In this document: piece by piece, positions 13,496-26,534 of the stretch | Layout of the letters: every line of letters begins with the position of its first letter | Position numbering within the stretch: the first letter of the stretch is position 1 | From: Lama guanicoe | Lineage: Eukaryota | Direction: 5' to 3' | DNA length: 64,000 nucleotides | NCBI GenBank assembly: GCA_013239625.1 | Contig: MU053934.1 | Location: 5,226,399-5,290,398, forward strand | The notes under the pieces: model-generated | Seen by the model: the letters and a program-made list of their open reading frames with translations, nothing else | What the model was told of the DNA's origin: nothing | Database searches by the model: none | Position numbers and translations under genes: made by a program

Positions 13496-14040
13496 TGTTA
13501 AGCTTTTGTTTCTCAGCTCCAAGCCAACCCTCCTATACTTTGTTTTGTGATGGTAAAGCTGGCATTCTACCAGCCACATTTCTGCTTGCCATAGAGCCAG
13601 TTGTTCGGCAGTGCCAACAGGGGGTGTGAGAGAGAGGCTGACACAGGGCCAGAGAAGGAAGAAGGAACTTGCTGCTTCCTGTCTGCTTCCTCTTCTCAGG
13701 AGGGTCCCTTGAGCAATACTTCTTTGCCCCAGTGGCGGCAGCAGTTCCTTCCGGTAGCAGCAGCTGAATCCACTCTCCAGTTTTTCCAATACTTGCAGGA
13801 CCAGCTTCATCGCCTCCTCTGAGGCCTTGGCACCCACCCAAAACCCCCTGCTCAGAGCCTCTTCCTTCCACTCCCCAGCCCTAGGGCAGCTGCTACCTCT
13901 GCGATACCTTAGCATTCTCTCTCTTTTTGGCTTCTCGGTGACTAGTTAATAACTTTATACCTAGTTAACGATGCTTTTTATTAAAACCTCTGGTAAAATA
14001 GTGTGTGCAGTCTGCCTCCTGCGTGGACCTTGGCCTATCC
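13496..14040 (+). mobile_element. ERVL solo LTR (LTR33-like)
   Basis: Starts ttaagcttttgtttctcagctccaagccaaccctcctatact, contains gccaacagggggtg, and ends with attaaa...tctgcctcctgcgtggaccttggcctat. Confidence 0.6.
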
Positions 14041-14079
14041 TAGGAAAGCAACAGAACCACAGTACATGTGTGAACTACA

Positions 14080-14700
14080 CTCGGCCTCCTCTCCACATGC
14101 TCCCTCTGCAGCCTTTTTGAAATAGAAATCTAACACCTCCCCCTCTCCCCCTCTCAAACCCAGCAGTGGATTCTCATGCTCTGAGGAAAAGAGAAATTTA
14201 TTCATGGGGCTGCAGGGCCTGTCTGCTTCCTACTGTGGTCTCACCTCACACCTCACTTCCCCTGCCTTTGTGACCTGCCACACTGGCCTTACTTCAGTTC
14301 CTCAATGGCTAGGTTTCTTCCTGCTGCGCAGCCTTGGCCAGTGCTGCTCCCTCTGCTTTGACCCCCAGCACCCCAGCCCCCAGCCCAGTTACCTCTTTCT
14401 TCCTTCAGTCCCAGTTTAACTGTAACCTCTTTAGGAACATCCTTCTGTCGCCCCTCCCCGCAGGTCTGTGCCCCTGGCACATGCAGTCACAGTACCTGTG
14501 CCCCTTAGGGCACTTAACACAGCCTTAGTGGACATTTATATGTGTTTCTCTCTAATGAATGTCTCTTTCCCCAGTTGTACCATTAGCTTCATGCGGGCAG
14601 GACTAAGTCAGTGTTTGTTTTTTCCTTGTTCCTTTTCTTATTGCTGTGCCCTCAGTGCCTGACACACTCATGTGCTCAGATATTTGTTGAATGAAAAGGA
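14080..14700 (+). mobile_element. L2 3' fragment
   Basis: Pyrimidine-rich body ending cagtgcctgacacactcatgtgctcagatatttgttgaatgaa. Confidence 0.7.
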
Positions 14701-17700
14701 TATTGTAAAATAAAGATTTATTAAATGTAGGAAGGGACCATTTGGTGATATCTTGATGGTGAATTAATTTTTTTATAAGCTAAAAATTTTTGAGAAAATC
14801 TTTCTTGCTGTGAGTTAAAATACTTCCATGAAAATAATGACAAGGAGCCAAACCACAAGTGAAAATTCATTTATTCAACTGGAAGTCATGATATGTTACT
14901 AGATTGCTGCCTTCTGAGGTATTCAGATAAAAAACAATACAAAAACCTGTATACCCAGTGAAGCCTAATTCTGTATTACCACCATCTCCTTAAAAGATGA
15001 ATATGAAGTTATCCAGTTTTCTTTCTTTGAGTTGCTGTTAGTCTCAAATTGGAGATTTTGCTACAACATGAACCTATGATGTTTGGATACATTTTCTCTT
15101 AATTCAGTACAGTGCCTTGTGGATGACTTTACTTCCTTCCCTCTCTCTTCCCAAGCTCTTGGTCGCGTAAGCAAAGCCTTGCCCCCAGGTAGGCGTTCCC
15201 TGAGTACCTCCTTTCTGGAGCTCATTTCGATACTCTGAAAACTTCTGAGCGTGGAAGCATTGCCTTCATTGCTTCTTGCTTTCCGTCACTGCATTATTGG
15301 CATCAGCCTTTTTGTAGTTAACAGTTAAAAAGTAGAGACTGTTTTGATATTTGTCCCACATAGTGGTTCCCAAATTACTCTTTTAGTACAATTGGATTTT
15401 ACCAATTCTCTAAAATTACCACAAAATGTTAGGGCTGAAAGGAACCCGACATCTAACCAGGTTCCCTCTGTCACATGCGTGACCCAGAGCTGGGACTGCA
15501 GAGACCCTTCCTCACGTGTTCAGTGACAGTGAGGGCCGCAGACCTAGTGTGTGTAAGGCAGTGTCAGGAGAGGATGCTCAGGGAGGCTACATCATTTCTT
15601 TCTAAGCCAGTCCTCTGGAAGGTACACATCTAGATCAGCACTGCTTGCAGAAAGCAGGCTGCACGGATACTGTAAAAGGTGCCCGCACACTGGTGCGGTC
15701 TGAAAGAGGAGCTCCCACACTGTTTGAGGCAAGAAAATGTTACTGGAATAGGCACACAACCCTTCAAGATAACAGCTGTGAAGGGGACAAAACTTTAGTT
15801 TTCCCAGTACATCTTGGTAAGACTGTTAAATTCTCAGGCTTATTTGTTTACAATAGCGTATAGAATTACGGCTACTGTTTTCAGGGTGCTTATAATATTC
15901 TTAGAGACAGTAATCTAATTTAATAATACTAGAAACAGTTGTAAAATCCTGGCACCATATTGATGACTAGGTGATAGTAAAGACTAGGAATTCTGAATGG
16001 GGTTGGGTGGGGTGTTGTCAGGAAAGCTTCTGGGGGCAAGAGACTCAGGCCAGCCCTAGGGACAGTTGGATGGACATCCTCTATTTCTTTGTTTTAACAA
16101 GCATTTATGAAGTGCCTTTCTTGGACTAAGCATGGGTGGCACTGGGTGACCAGAGAACAAGGCAGAAGGTGACAGTGGGTTCTGGTAACAGGAAGTGAAG
16201 GTTTGTACAGGGAGGCGTGATAGAGGAGATGGAGATGTAAATTGTGGCCACAGCGAGGGCAGGCTCTAAGAGCCAGGTTCAGAAGTTGAGGCTTGATCCT
16301 GACGGGTGGGGTGAGTTCAGTATCCAAACTGGGACACTTTTGAGGAGCAACAGGCTTAAACCAGACTCTTCGGCTTTCACTGGGCTCTTGAGTCGTCAGG
16401 CTGATCTGGGCAAGGGACATCACATTCACCCACAAAGGAGTTAAGTCACTGTCAGAGGCAGTTATCTGATTAAAAGTCATGTGAACCTTTATTGTTACAT
16501 TTACCCCATTGTGTGGAAATTGTTTCCCAGTTCCTCTCCCTGGGAGAGGGGGCTGAGCCCCTTGAAGGCAGGGCCTGTGTCTGGGTCACCTCTGTAGCCC
16601 CAGGGCCAGGATAGTGCTGGCCACTTGGTGGATGGACAGTCAGATTTGTTTAGAGAAATGAGTAAGTGCTCAGGCCCGTAGCTATCCTTGCCTTGAAAGA
16701 CCTGGAGGAGGTGAGGTTTTAGTGGGGAGACTTCAGCTAGATGGAAACAACAGACAGTGGTCCGCAGGTTCCACATCGCGGGTGCGGAGCCCGAGGCTTC
16801 GGACGGCAGACTGTACGTCACTGTTTTCTAGAAGGGACGCAAACAGCTGTGGATTTCGTGTCTGCTAGCATCCTGGTATCAGTCCTCTGCAGGTGCCAAG
16901 GGACAGCTGTTTGGAGGAGCAAGAGTCATTTCTGGAGGTGGAAATAACCCTAAGCAAAGGTCTAGACTTTGGAATGCGGACTGGAGGAGGCCCAGCAGGG
17001 GGCTGGAAGTTCTTTGCAGCCAGAGAAAAGGGAGGGTCTTGAACATGATGGGCAGGTGCCTTTTTCAATTATTGGGGCATGTGTCATGGACCCCTCTCCC
17101 TGAACCGCATGCCAGCACCTACTCTTCTAACTGCCGTTTACCCTGCAGACTTTGGCTAAATCCTTTGGTGTCCACAGTGGCCACACGGATCTGGGTGTGC
17201 CTTAACACTGAACAAGTTGGCTCTTCCCTCCCTGTGCCTTTTCCACTGGTTCCCCCCTCTCTCTTGAGTGCTTCTCCCCCACATGCCTTTTCTTCAACTT
17301 CAGTGCTCAAATGTCACCTCCTCAGAATCCTTCCCCCACGTTCTCCAGAAGAGCCCATTCTCTGACCTCTCCACGTTCTGTCCCATTGCCTGACCTGGTT
17401 TATTTTCTTCATAGTGTTGGTCGTTACTGAAATCATACCGTTCATTAGTCTGCTGGCTTACTGCCTGTTTTCTCGTACTGGAATGTAAACACCATTTCTG
17501 TCTTTTTCTTCTCTATCCTGAGTGCCTAGAACGAGACGTGGCCAAAGGGCACTCTGAATGATTGCATTAGAAAAAAACCCCATTTTATCATACAAGGAAA
17601 CCCTTCGTTTTAAACAGATCATTTATAAACTTAGTAAATTTATTAGCAACAAATTATGATACAGCTCACAACTGATCTGATTGAGAACTGCTGTTACAGT

Positions 17701-18678
17701 GGCTGAGGGTTGGAACTTGGAGCGGTTCAGCATGTCCTAGCCTTGAATGCTGGCCTCCTGAACTCTATAAATCTATAGTACCGGTGACTTGTGAATTATG
17801 GAATATTTAGTGGGGAATCCTTGTTGAAGGATTCCCAAATTCTTGATAACTATGGACAGGCCACAGTGTTCTGGAGCTGAAGCTGGAGAAGCTGAAGTAT
17901 GACCGGGAGCTGGGATTTAAGGCAGGGCGGTGGGTCTGAACTCAGGTACATTTTCCTCTCCTTTCGAGGGACAAGTGAAGGCTGAGTTCCCTTCATTCCC
18001 CACCCCCACCTCCTAGGGAGCCTCTGTCACTCTGCTTTAGAGTGACTTAGAGGAGGGAGGGAGGGACTGTTTGAATCTTCTCTGCTAGAGGCAGAAAATA
18101 GCTTTGTTAGCATGTGTGCTCAGTGTTGTTCAAGTGTTTGCTTAAATCATTTTATCTTCTTGGAAATTTTTCTACCTTTTTGTTAGCACCTCTATGGTTT
18201 AGTTTTGGTACATAGTGTTTCATTTCCCTTCTTGTTTCTTTTCTTTTTTTTAAGCAAAAGATGTACATACAATAGTGGAAAGCTTAACTGTGGAAAACCC
18301 GAGTTGGCTAGAAGAATTGGCAGGAATTATGAATGCACTTTCTTTCTTCACTTTCCTTTGCCTTTTAAAGCCTTTGTTTTAGGAAAAAGGAAATTGGTGT
18401 GTTTGGAGAGCAGTTGTTAGCTTTTCAAGACTGGGCTCGTTGGTCTAATTTGGTAAGGGCCCAGAACATGTCAAATAAAATGAGTGAAAAAGGTAAAGCT
18501 AAAGCAGGCATGTAGGGGAAAGCAAACAACTGTAAATTTTAACCCCACAGCCCCACCTAATATGCTTTTAGCAAGAAGGCTTGGCAGTTTCTGGGAAGCA
18601 TCAGGTTTCCTGATGGTGGTGGAATCTCTGTGGGGCATCCCATCTCCTGCCCTTCCCACCCCACCCCCCACCCCCCAC

Positions 18679-18698
18679 NNNNNNNNNNNNNNNNNNNN
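18679..18698. other. Assembly gap (20 N) inside a C-rich tract
   Basis: cccaccccaccccccaccccccac-N20-ccccccaccccc. Confidence 0.99.
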
Positions 18699-20039
18699 CC
18701 CCCCACCCCCTGCCGGCTCTGTCGCAGCCTGTAGACACCTAGCCTGTCCAGACACCTAGGCCTGCCAGCATGCCAGTTCCCAGTTCATCCACCATTCCCT
18801 GTGACACAACATAACCTGTAGTTTGCTTGTTGTCAGGGCAGTTGCTTCCTTCTCTTTGGGGTATGAGCTGTGTGACTTAGCACTTCCCTGTGTTCCTGAG
18901 GCATGGCTCAAGTGTCTAGCTGGTGTTTCAGGAGGCCTGTTCCTGCACCAGTTGAGTGCTCAGGAAATACGTAAATGCAGAGTTGTTCTGTTGCTAGTTG
19001 TCTCTTGGAGAGAATAGGCAGGTGAAGGTTACTGACTCTTCTCATCGCCTTTATTGACTCCTGTCTCCCTTCCTGCTGCCCCTTCCTTCAGGACTGCCAC
19101 AGACGTTCTGCTCCGGCCTGTCCTTACTCTGGGTGTCCTATCTGTTAGAGTGAGGTGGTTGCTTGGCGAGTATGGATTCCATGTAATGGATGATTTAATT
19201 GAAGGATTTTAATGGCTGGTGTCCTCAAGTTAAGGTGTCCTGGCCCATCCATCTTTTTCCATTCTAGGGTATAGCCAGGAGGCAGGATGATAACTCGTAT
19301 CTAACAGTGGGGGCATTTTCAGCCCTGGGAGAAGTGGAGACAACAACAAATCTTTGCTCTTTGGAGTCTCCCCTGACCTCCTCTCTCTTCACAGCATCTC
19401 AGCCCTGCCCAGTGGAGGTAAAAGTAAGGAGTCCCTGAAACCTCTTACTTGTCCATTTGCAGCTTATTGCTGAGGAAGTTTTTTTGTCATGGTTGACCTG
19501 AACAGCCTGCATCTTCCTGTTTGGTGGGCCGTACAGTTCCCTCTGTATCCCGCTGTACCACATGCTGAGGAGTCAGGAATGAAAGAGGTTTAAAGGGGAT
19601 GGGGAGATAGATGACCAAGGGGAAATTTCTTGGCTGTTTGAAGGCTTTGATTGGAACCAAAAGAAAGCAGGATTTGCATTCTAGGCATAGGGGGTGGGGG
19701 TAAGTGGGCCTGGCAGTTAGAGAGGAAGAGAGGAAGGGACTGGTCTGGGAAGTGGAGGGCTCTCCTGGAGGAATCCGGCTTCTGTGGTGAAGCCGAATAG
19801 TGGTCCTTCTTCTGAATTCAGGATAGCATCACTGCTTTGATCACCCATTTGACTTCCAGATCCACTTTATGTTCCTTACTCCAATAAAATAGATTTTTAA
19901 AGTTTAAACTTCTTATTTTTAAATAATTGTAGATTCACATGCAGTTGAAAGAAATAACAGTGTGGGTGAAAAGGGGGTTTTAAGAAGTAATCTTGTGTAC
20001 TCTTTATCGTTTACCCCAGTGGTAACATCTGACTATCTT

Positions 20040-20950
20040 TTTTTTTTTAATTGACTACATCCCCCATGCTGTGCATTTCATCCCCATGACTCATTTATTT
20101 TGAAACTGGTAGTCTGTACTTCTTAATCTCTTATCTCTGTGTCTCATCCCCCTACCCCCCTTCTCTCTGGCAGCCACCTGTTTGTTCTCTATGTCTATGA
20201 GTTTGTTCTGTTTGTTCTATTTGTTATTTTGTTCTGTTTTTTTAGATTCCACATATAAGTGAAATCATACAGTACTTGTTTTTCTCTGACTGATTTATTT
20301 CATTTAGCATGATACCCTCTGGGTCCATCCATATTGTCACAAATGGCAAGGTTTTGTTCTTTTTTATGGCTAACATTCTGTTGTGTATATATACCACATC
20401 TTCTTTATCCATTCATCTGTTGATCGACACTTAGGTAGCTTCCATATTTTGGTTACTGTAAATAATGCTGCAGTGAACATAGGGGTGCATGTATATTTTT
20501 GAATTAGCGTTTTTGTTTTCTTCAGAAAAATACTCAGAAGCTGGAATTGCTGGATTGTATGATAGTTCTATTTTTAATTTCTGGAGGAACCTCCATACCA
20601 TTTTCCATAGTAGCTGCACCAGTTTACATTGTCACAGCAGTGTACCAAGGTTCCCTCTTCTCCACATCTTTGTCAACACTCATTTGTTGTCGTCTTGATA
20701 ATAGCCATTCTGACAGGTGTGAAGTGATATATTTCATTGTACTTTTGATTTGCATTTCCCTTATCATTAGTGATGTTGAACATCTTTCTTTGTGGCTCTT
20801 GGCCATCTGTATGTCTTTGGAAAAATCTCTTAAGGTCCTCAGCCCATTTTTTTGATGAGGTTGTTTGGGGGTTTTTTTGATGTTGAGTTGTACGAGCTCT
20901 TTGCATATTTTGGATATTAACCCTTTATTAAATATATCATTTGCAGATAT
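20040..20950 (-). mobile_element. L1 3' fragment (L1MA9-like age), ORF2 C-terminus remnant
   Basis: Minus-strand ORFs translate to L1 ORF2-like text: FSKDIQMAKSHKERCSTSLMIREMQIK and LQKLKIELSYNPAIP. Frameshifted. Confidence 0.85.
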
Positions 20951-21986
20951 CTTTTTTAAAATTGAATTTATCTGGTTCAAAAAGGTATACAATTGTCTTA
21001 CAACCACCCCACTTTTCCTTATTTGATGCAGTTGTATTACTAGTTTTCTTTCTTTCTTTCTTTCTTTTTTTTTAATGTTTCCTTCCAGGGAGTCTCTATT
21101 CATATATAAAGAATTACGTGTAAGCCCCCTTTTTCTTGCACACAAGGTAATTAAAGTACACTTGTTTGCATCATGCTTTTTAAATTTATCTTGAATATCT
21201 ATTTTCATTAGTACATAAGGAGCTTCCTTTTATAATTGTATAGTATTCCCTTGTGTGGATAAGCTATAATTTATTTAACCAGCTTCCTAATTGATGAACT
21301 GTTTCCAATTTTTTGCCATTATAAACGTGTTGCAGTGAATGTCCTTTACATACACAACCTGCTACATGTGTAATGATTTTGCTGTGATTTGTTTCTGAAA
21401 GTGAGATGTTGAGTCAAAGACTGTGCACACTTTAACCCTGGTAGATAGCTGTCAGGTTGTCCTCTGTAGAGGCTGTGCTGGTTTACATTCTCACCAGCAG
21501 TATATGTGAACGCCTCTTTCCCTGGCACCTTTGACAGCGCTGTGTTTTTACCAAATTTGTCTTTAATAGTTCAGTAAGTGAAGTGTGGTTTCCCAGTACA
21601 GTATTAATATGATGTTCCCTTATGGGGAATGCAATAGATCATCTTTTCACATGTTTTAGAACTCTTTGTTTCCTTCCCTGTGAAGTGTGTTCACTTCCTT
21701 CACCTACTTTTCTTTCAGATTGTTGGTCTTTTCCTTATTGGTTTGTAGGAGCTCTTTATGTATTATGGAACCTAGCTCTCTGTGATGTAAATTGCTAATA
21801 TATTTTTCCTAGAAAATACTGTTCTGGGTTTTATCATAATAATTGTTTTATTAAAGGTTTTATATATCTGTATTTTATACAGATACAGTGATCATTTGTT
21901 TATGAGATCTGAGTTTATATGATGGTTAGAAAGTCTTTGTAAACTCTGTAATCATGAAAAGAAAAATTAGCCAGTTCAGTGCTTTA

Positions 21987-23317
21987 TTTTTTTAATATAA
22001 TTTAATTTTTTAAATTGAAGTATAGTGGATTTACAATGTTGTGGAAGTCTCTGGTGTGTAGCATGGTGATTCAAGTTTACACACACACACACACACACAC
22101 ACACATATTTTTTTTTATTATAGGTTACTACAAGATATTGAATATAGTTCCCTGTGCCATATAGTAGAAACTTGTTTATCTATTTTATATGTAGTAGTTT
22201 GTGCAAATCGCAAACTCCCAATTTATCCCTACCCCACCCCCATAACCGTAAGTTTGTTTTCAGTGTCTGTGAGTCTTTCTGTTTTGTAAATAAGTTCATT
22301 TGTGTCATTTTTTTTTATTCCACGTGTAGGTGATATTTGTCTTTCTCTTTCTGGCTTACTTCACTTAGTATGATAATCTCTAGGTCTATCGATGTTGCTG
22401 CAAATAGCATTTCATTCTTTTTCATGGCTGAGTAGTATTCGTGTGTGTGTGCGTGCACACGCGCCCCACAACTTCTTTATCCAGTCACCTGTGAATGAAC
22501 ATTTGGGTTGCTTCCACATCTTGACTATTGTAAATGGTGCTGCTATGAACATTGAAGTGCATGTATCTTGTTGAATTAGTATCCTCTGGATATATACCCA
22601 GGAGTGAGATTGCCGGATCATGTAGTGACTCTATTTTTAGTTTTTAAAGTAATCTCCATACTGTTTTCGATAGTGGCTGAACTAAATTACATTCCCACCA
22701 GTAGTGTAAGAGGGTTCCCGTTTCTCCGCACCCTCTCCAGCATTTATTGTTTGTGGATTTTTTAATGATGGATATTCTGACCGGTGTGAGGTGATACTTC
22801 ATTGTAGTTTTGATTTGCATGTCTCTGTTAATTAGAGATACTGAACATCTTTTCATTTGCCTATTGGCCATCTGTATGTCTTCATTGGGGAAATGTTTGT
22901 TTAGGTCTTCTGCCCATTTTTTAATTGGATTGTTTATTTTTTTTGTTGTTATCGAGTTGTATGAGCTCTTGGTATATTCTGGAAATTAAGCCCTTGTCAG
23001 TTGCATCATTTGCAAATATTTTCTCCCATTCTATAGGTTCTCTTTTCATTTTGTTGATGATATCCTTAGCTGTGCAAAAGCTTATAAGTTTAATTGGATC
23101 CTGTTTGTTTATTTTTGCTTTTATTTCTGTTGCTTTGGTAGACTGAGCTAAGAGAACATTGCTACAATTTATGTTAGAGAATGTTTTGCCTATATTCTCT
23201 TCTAGGAGATTTATGGTGTCCTGTCTACGTTTAAGTCTTCAAGCCATTTTGAGTTTATTTTTGTATATGGTACGAGGGAGTGTTCTAACTTCATTGAGTT
23301 ATGTGCGGCTGTCCATC
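21987..23317 (-). mobile_element. Younger artiodactyl-type L1 3' fragment (about 1.3 kb) with TSD, nested in an older L1
   Basis: ORF2-like [32 protein letters not shown] and CTSMFIAAPFTIVKMWKQPKC. TSD ttcagtgcttta at 21975-21986 and 23318-23329. Confidence 0.9.
22079..22105. repeat. (AC)n microsatellite within the L1 3' UTR
   Basis: About 13 AC units read directly. Confidence 0.95.
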
Positions 23318-26300
23318 TTCAGTGCTTTAATGGTTTCCTTTCTTCTTTCTTTCCTTTACATTTAAATGTTTCCTTTATCTGCAGTTGATTTTCATGTAAG
23401 GTGTGAGTTAACGATCTATTTTATAGAGAGTTGTGGTTCTTGAGTGTGTCTCAGACCTCTTTGTATGTTACCCATAACCCCATCTCTGGTGCTTTATGCA
23501 TAATATATGCTTGATAAGGAGGAGAAGGGGAAGGATACTGCTGCCATGGGCTAGGTAGGTATTGTTAGGTGCTTTCCATTCATCATCTATAATCAGTACA
23601 GCCACTCTTCAAGGTAAATGGGATAACCCCATTTTATAGATACAGAAACTGACTTAGAAGCCAGATAATTTGCCCAAGTTCTACCATTAGTGTCTGAGAC
23701 CCAGGATACCTATAATTTGATCTTGAAGCTGTCAGACTTCAAATCCTGTGTGTTCTCTGTTTACCTGGAGACCTTGGTAGAGGGCTCTGCTTGTTGTAAT
23801 TGACCATGCTTGGATATGGGATTGTGGATGAAATCTAAAGAACTTTGAAGATGCTGGAAACTAAGGGTCCTGAAACAACAACAAAATACAGAAATACTGC
23901 ATGCGTTCGTTGAGAATCCCTAAACTCAAGTGACAAACAGAAAGCATAATTCTTAACTAAAAGAGGAAAAAAAAGATCTTGATCTCTTGTTGAAGGGAAA
24001 CTTAAGGATTCTCTCAGAAAAAACATGCTATTTACACATAGCTATTACTGAGATTATTAAAAGAATGGATTTGAAATTCCTTAGATTTGAGTAATGCTGT
24101 TAAAGATTATAATGGTCTCTAAAAATTTTCCTAAAATCTTACAAGTCTCTCAAATTTTTTGAGTTACCCAAGTAAAAATTAGGTACAAAACTGTATATAG
24201 AGACTTGAATATTATCTTAAATGGAATTAGACATCCTGTATCTGATCTTGAAGCATCAAACACGGGTATGTGTTGGCTTAGTTGCTAACCAAAAGACTGT
24301 ATATAAATCATATTTAAAATTTTGAGTCACTTTCCCCACGTAATGTTACCTAATTTTAGTTGAAGAATTGGGTCATGTAAGTTCATGAGTTATCTTTACT
24401 CTGTGGTTGGTTAATTATTAACATTAAACATGCTTATCTTTCAGAAATATACATTTCTCTCAAGGTAATTCAATTATTATCATTCAGCCTGCTGACTTTA
24501 AATGACAACTGGCACACAAGAACACGACTTTCCATTTTTACTATTCTGAAAATAGAGCACGAATTAAGAGCATTGAGAAGTAGGGTACGACTGTCACCTG
24601 TGGCATTCTGAATTCAGAATTGATTTCCTTCTTTGCTGATTTTTCAGTACCAAGATAAGTGTCACAAATAGCACCCTTTCTTAGAGGATTTCCAGAATTA
24701 GAATAACAGGCGCAAACTTAATAAAATGGTAGTGATACAGTGTAATCAGGGAGCTTACACACTGCCTGTCTCACTTGTTTGAGGTAGGTACTGTGTGATC
24801 TCTGAAGAAAGGCCAAATCTGTTCCGTTTAATTTCTAAATAAAATGCTTGGCTTTCTCTTAGGGCACAGACCTAGAAAGATATGCAAAAATCACTTTCCC
24901 TGGTGGCCTGCACTATGACAAGACCCCTCCGACCTTGCCTCTTTGCCAGCGTGGTGCACGCCAGCCCAACATATAGAGAGGAGCCAAAATGGATTATTGT
25001 TTGAATTCCCACCCCCCTCTTAGATCTGAGTAATGTTCTTAAAGATTTTCATGCATATTACTTAGCCCCGTAAACCTCTGTGTGTGAGTGTAGCCCCGAG
25101 AAGATGGATTGGTCAGTTGGAAGGCGGGGTCCAGAGCCCGAGGGTAATGGCTCCCCGTTGAGGGCACTCACTGCCCACCTCCCTTCTGCTGTGTGAGTAG
25201 GCGGCAGAGCTCCCAGAACCTCTCCAAACCTTCCAGACCTCTCCATGGAGAGTGCACACACAGGGTCCAAACCTCAGAAGACAGCTTCTGAGTCAGCCTC
25301 TTCAGAGATGGGGCCCTGCTGTGGGGAGACACATTTGAAGCACTTCAGGCATTGTGATGTCCGAGCCACTGAGCTCCCCTTGGTACATTTGAGCACCACA
25401 CACTCTTACAGTCATGCGTCCCGTTTTACTGCTTTAAAATTGCCTTTTAGTGGAGTTTTAACTTCCTGCAATTTTGGTTGAATTGCTAGCTATCATATTG
25501 ATTTCAAAGGTCAGTTATTATTTATTCTTTTAGGATAATAATTGTGTTGAAACATGCCTGGAAGCAGGCAAAGAAGTGGGGGAGAGCAACATAAAAACGA
25601 GAGCACCTAAATGCTTGTGAGAGCAGCCCTGCTGTCTGCTGTTCTTAAGTTGTTGGTTCTTCTCCTGAATAACAGGTGCCTCCCAACTGTGGATTCCGGT
25701 TGACACTCTTATTTTCTTTTCTGCTGAGGAACCATGTTTCATCACTGTTCTGTAGTGATTTCTAGAACCCTGGCTTGGACTCTGATACCTCGTTTCTTTC
25801 TGCTTTCTTTGCTGTTGAATGGTTAGAGTAGAGTGCATCTCTGGCTTTTGTGCGTTTGTCTGGCCCTTAAGGTTTAAATACGGTTTTAGTGGTTCCAGTG
25901 TATAAATATTAGAGTATATCGTGTAGCCCTCATGATGCTGCTCCTTAGCCTGTTTGGGTATTTGTAAAACTGCTCCTAATTTTAGGCTGTCTTTAGGAGC
26001 CTGGCATACTAACTGTAGTGTGTGGGAAGGTACTTTCAGGAGTAAAACATGAGATGGTGTTAACAAAGATTTATTCACCAAATCTTAGCCCATTAAAACC
26101 TAAGGGGTCTTTTGAGCCAGAAGAAGCTTAGTTTGAAGCAAGCAAAACCAAAAGAATGGTTGAAAAATCAGCAGATTTGATTCAGAGTTACAACATAAAC
26201 GTACTACATAGGAGTTACCAAATGAATGGAAACTTGAGGAGAAAATCCCTGTGAACATGCTGGTAGTTTATAGCAATCCAGAGAGTTAAAGCAATGAAAT

Positions 26301-26534
26301 GTAAAAGTCTTAAAGTTCAGACATTTGACTTACTAAGCTTCTTTTACAGGAGGCTTCATTGCATTTAAAAATGAAACTTGATACCCACAGGAACATCATC
26401 CACGCAGAAGCACCGATGTAAAGATTTGCCATCTTAGGGAACTGGGTGAAATTTCGCCTGGTAAAGAGGTCTCACTTATCCTGGTGTATCAGTCAGGAAA
26501 CAGGCCGTTCTGGATGTTCCATGTAGGAGAGGTT

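Noticed and set aside
13427..13915. 162-aa minus-strand ORF
   Set aside because: Lies almost entirely in an old LTR and resembles no retroviral or cellular protein I recognise.
20431..23146. ORFs with reverse-transcriptase-element-like text as active L1 genes
   Set aside because: Short, frameshifted, 5'-truncated ORF2 C-terminal remnants with no ORF1 or RT core.
25530..26081. 183-aa minus-strand ORF
   Set aside because: Non-ATG start, no recognisable domain or splice context; consistent with chance in 64 kb.
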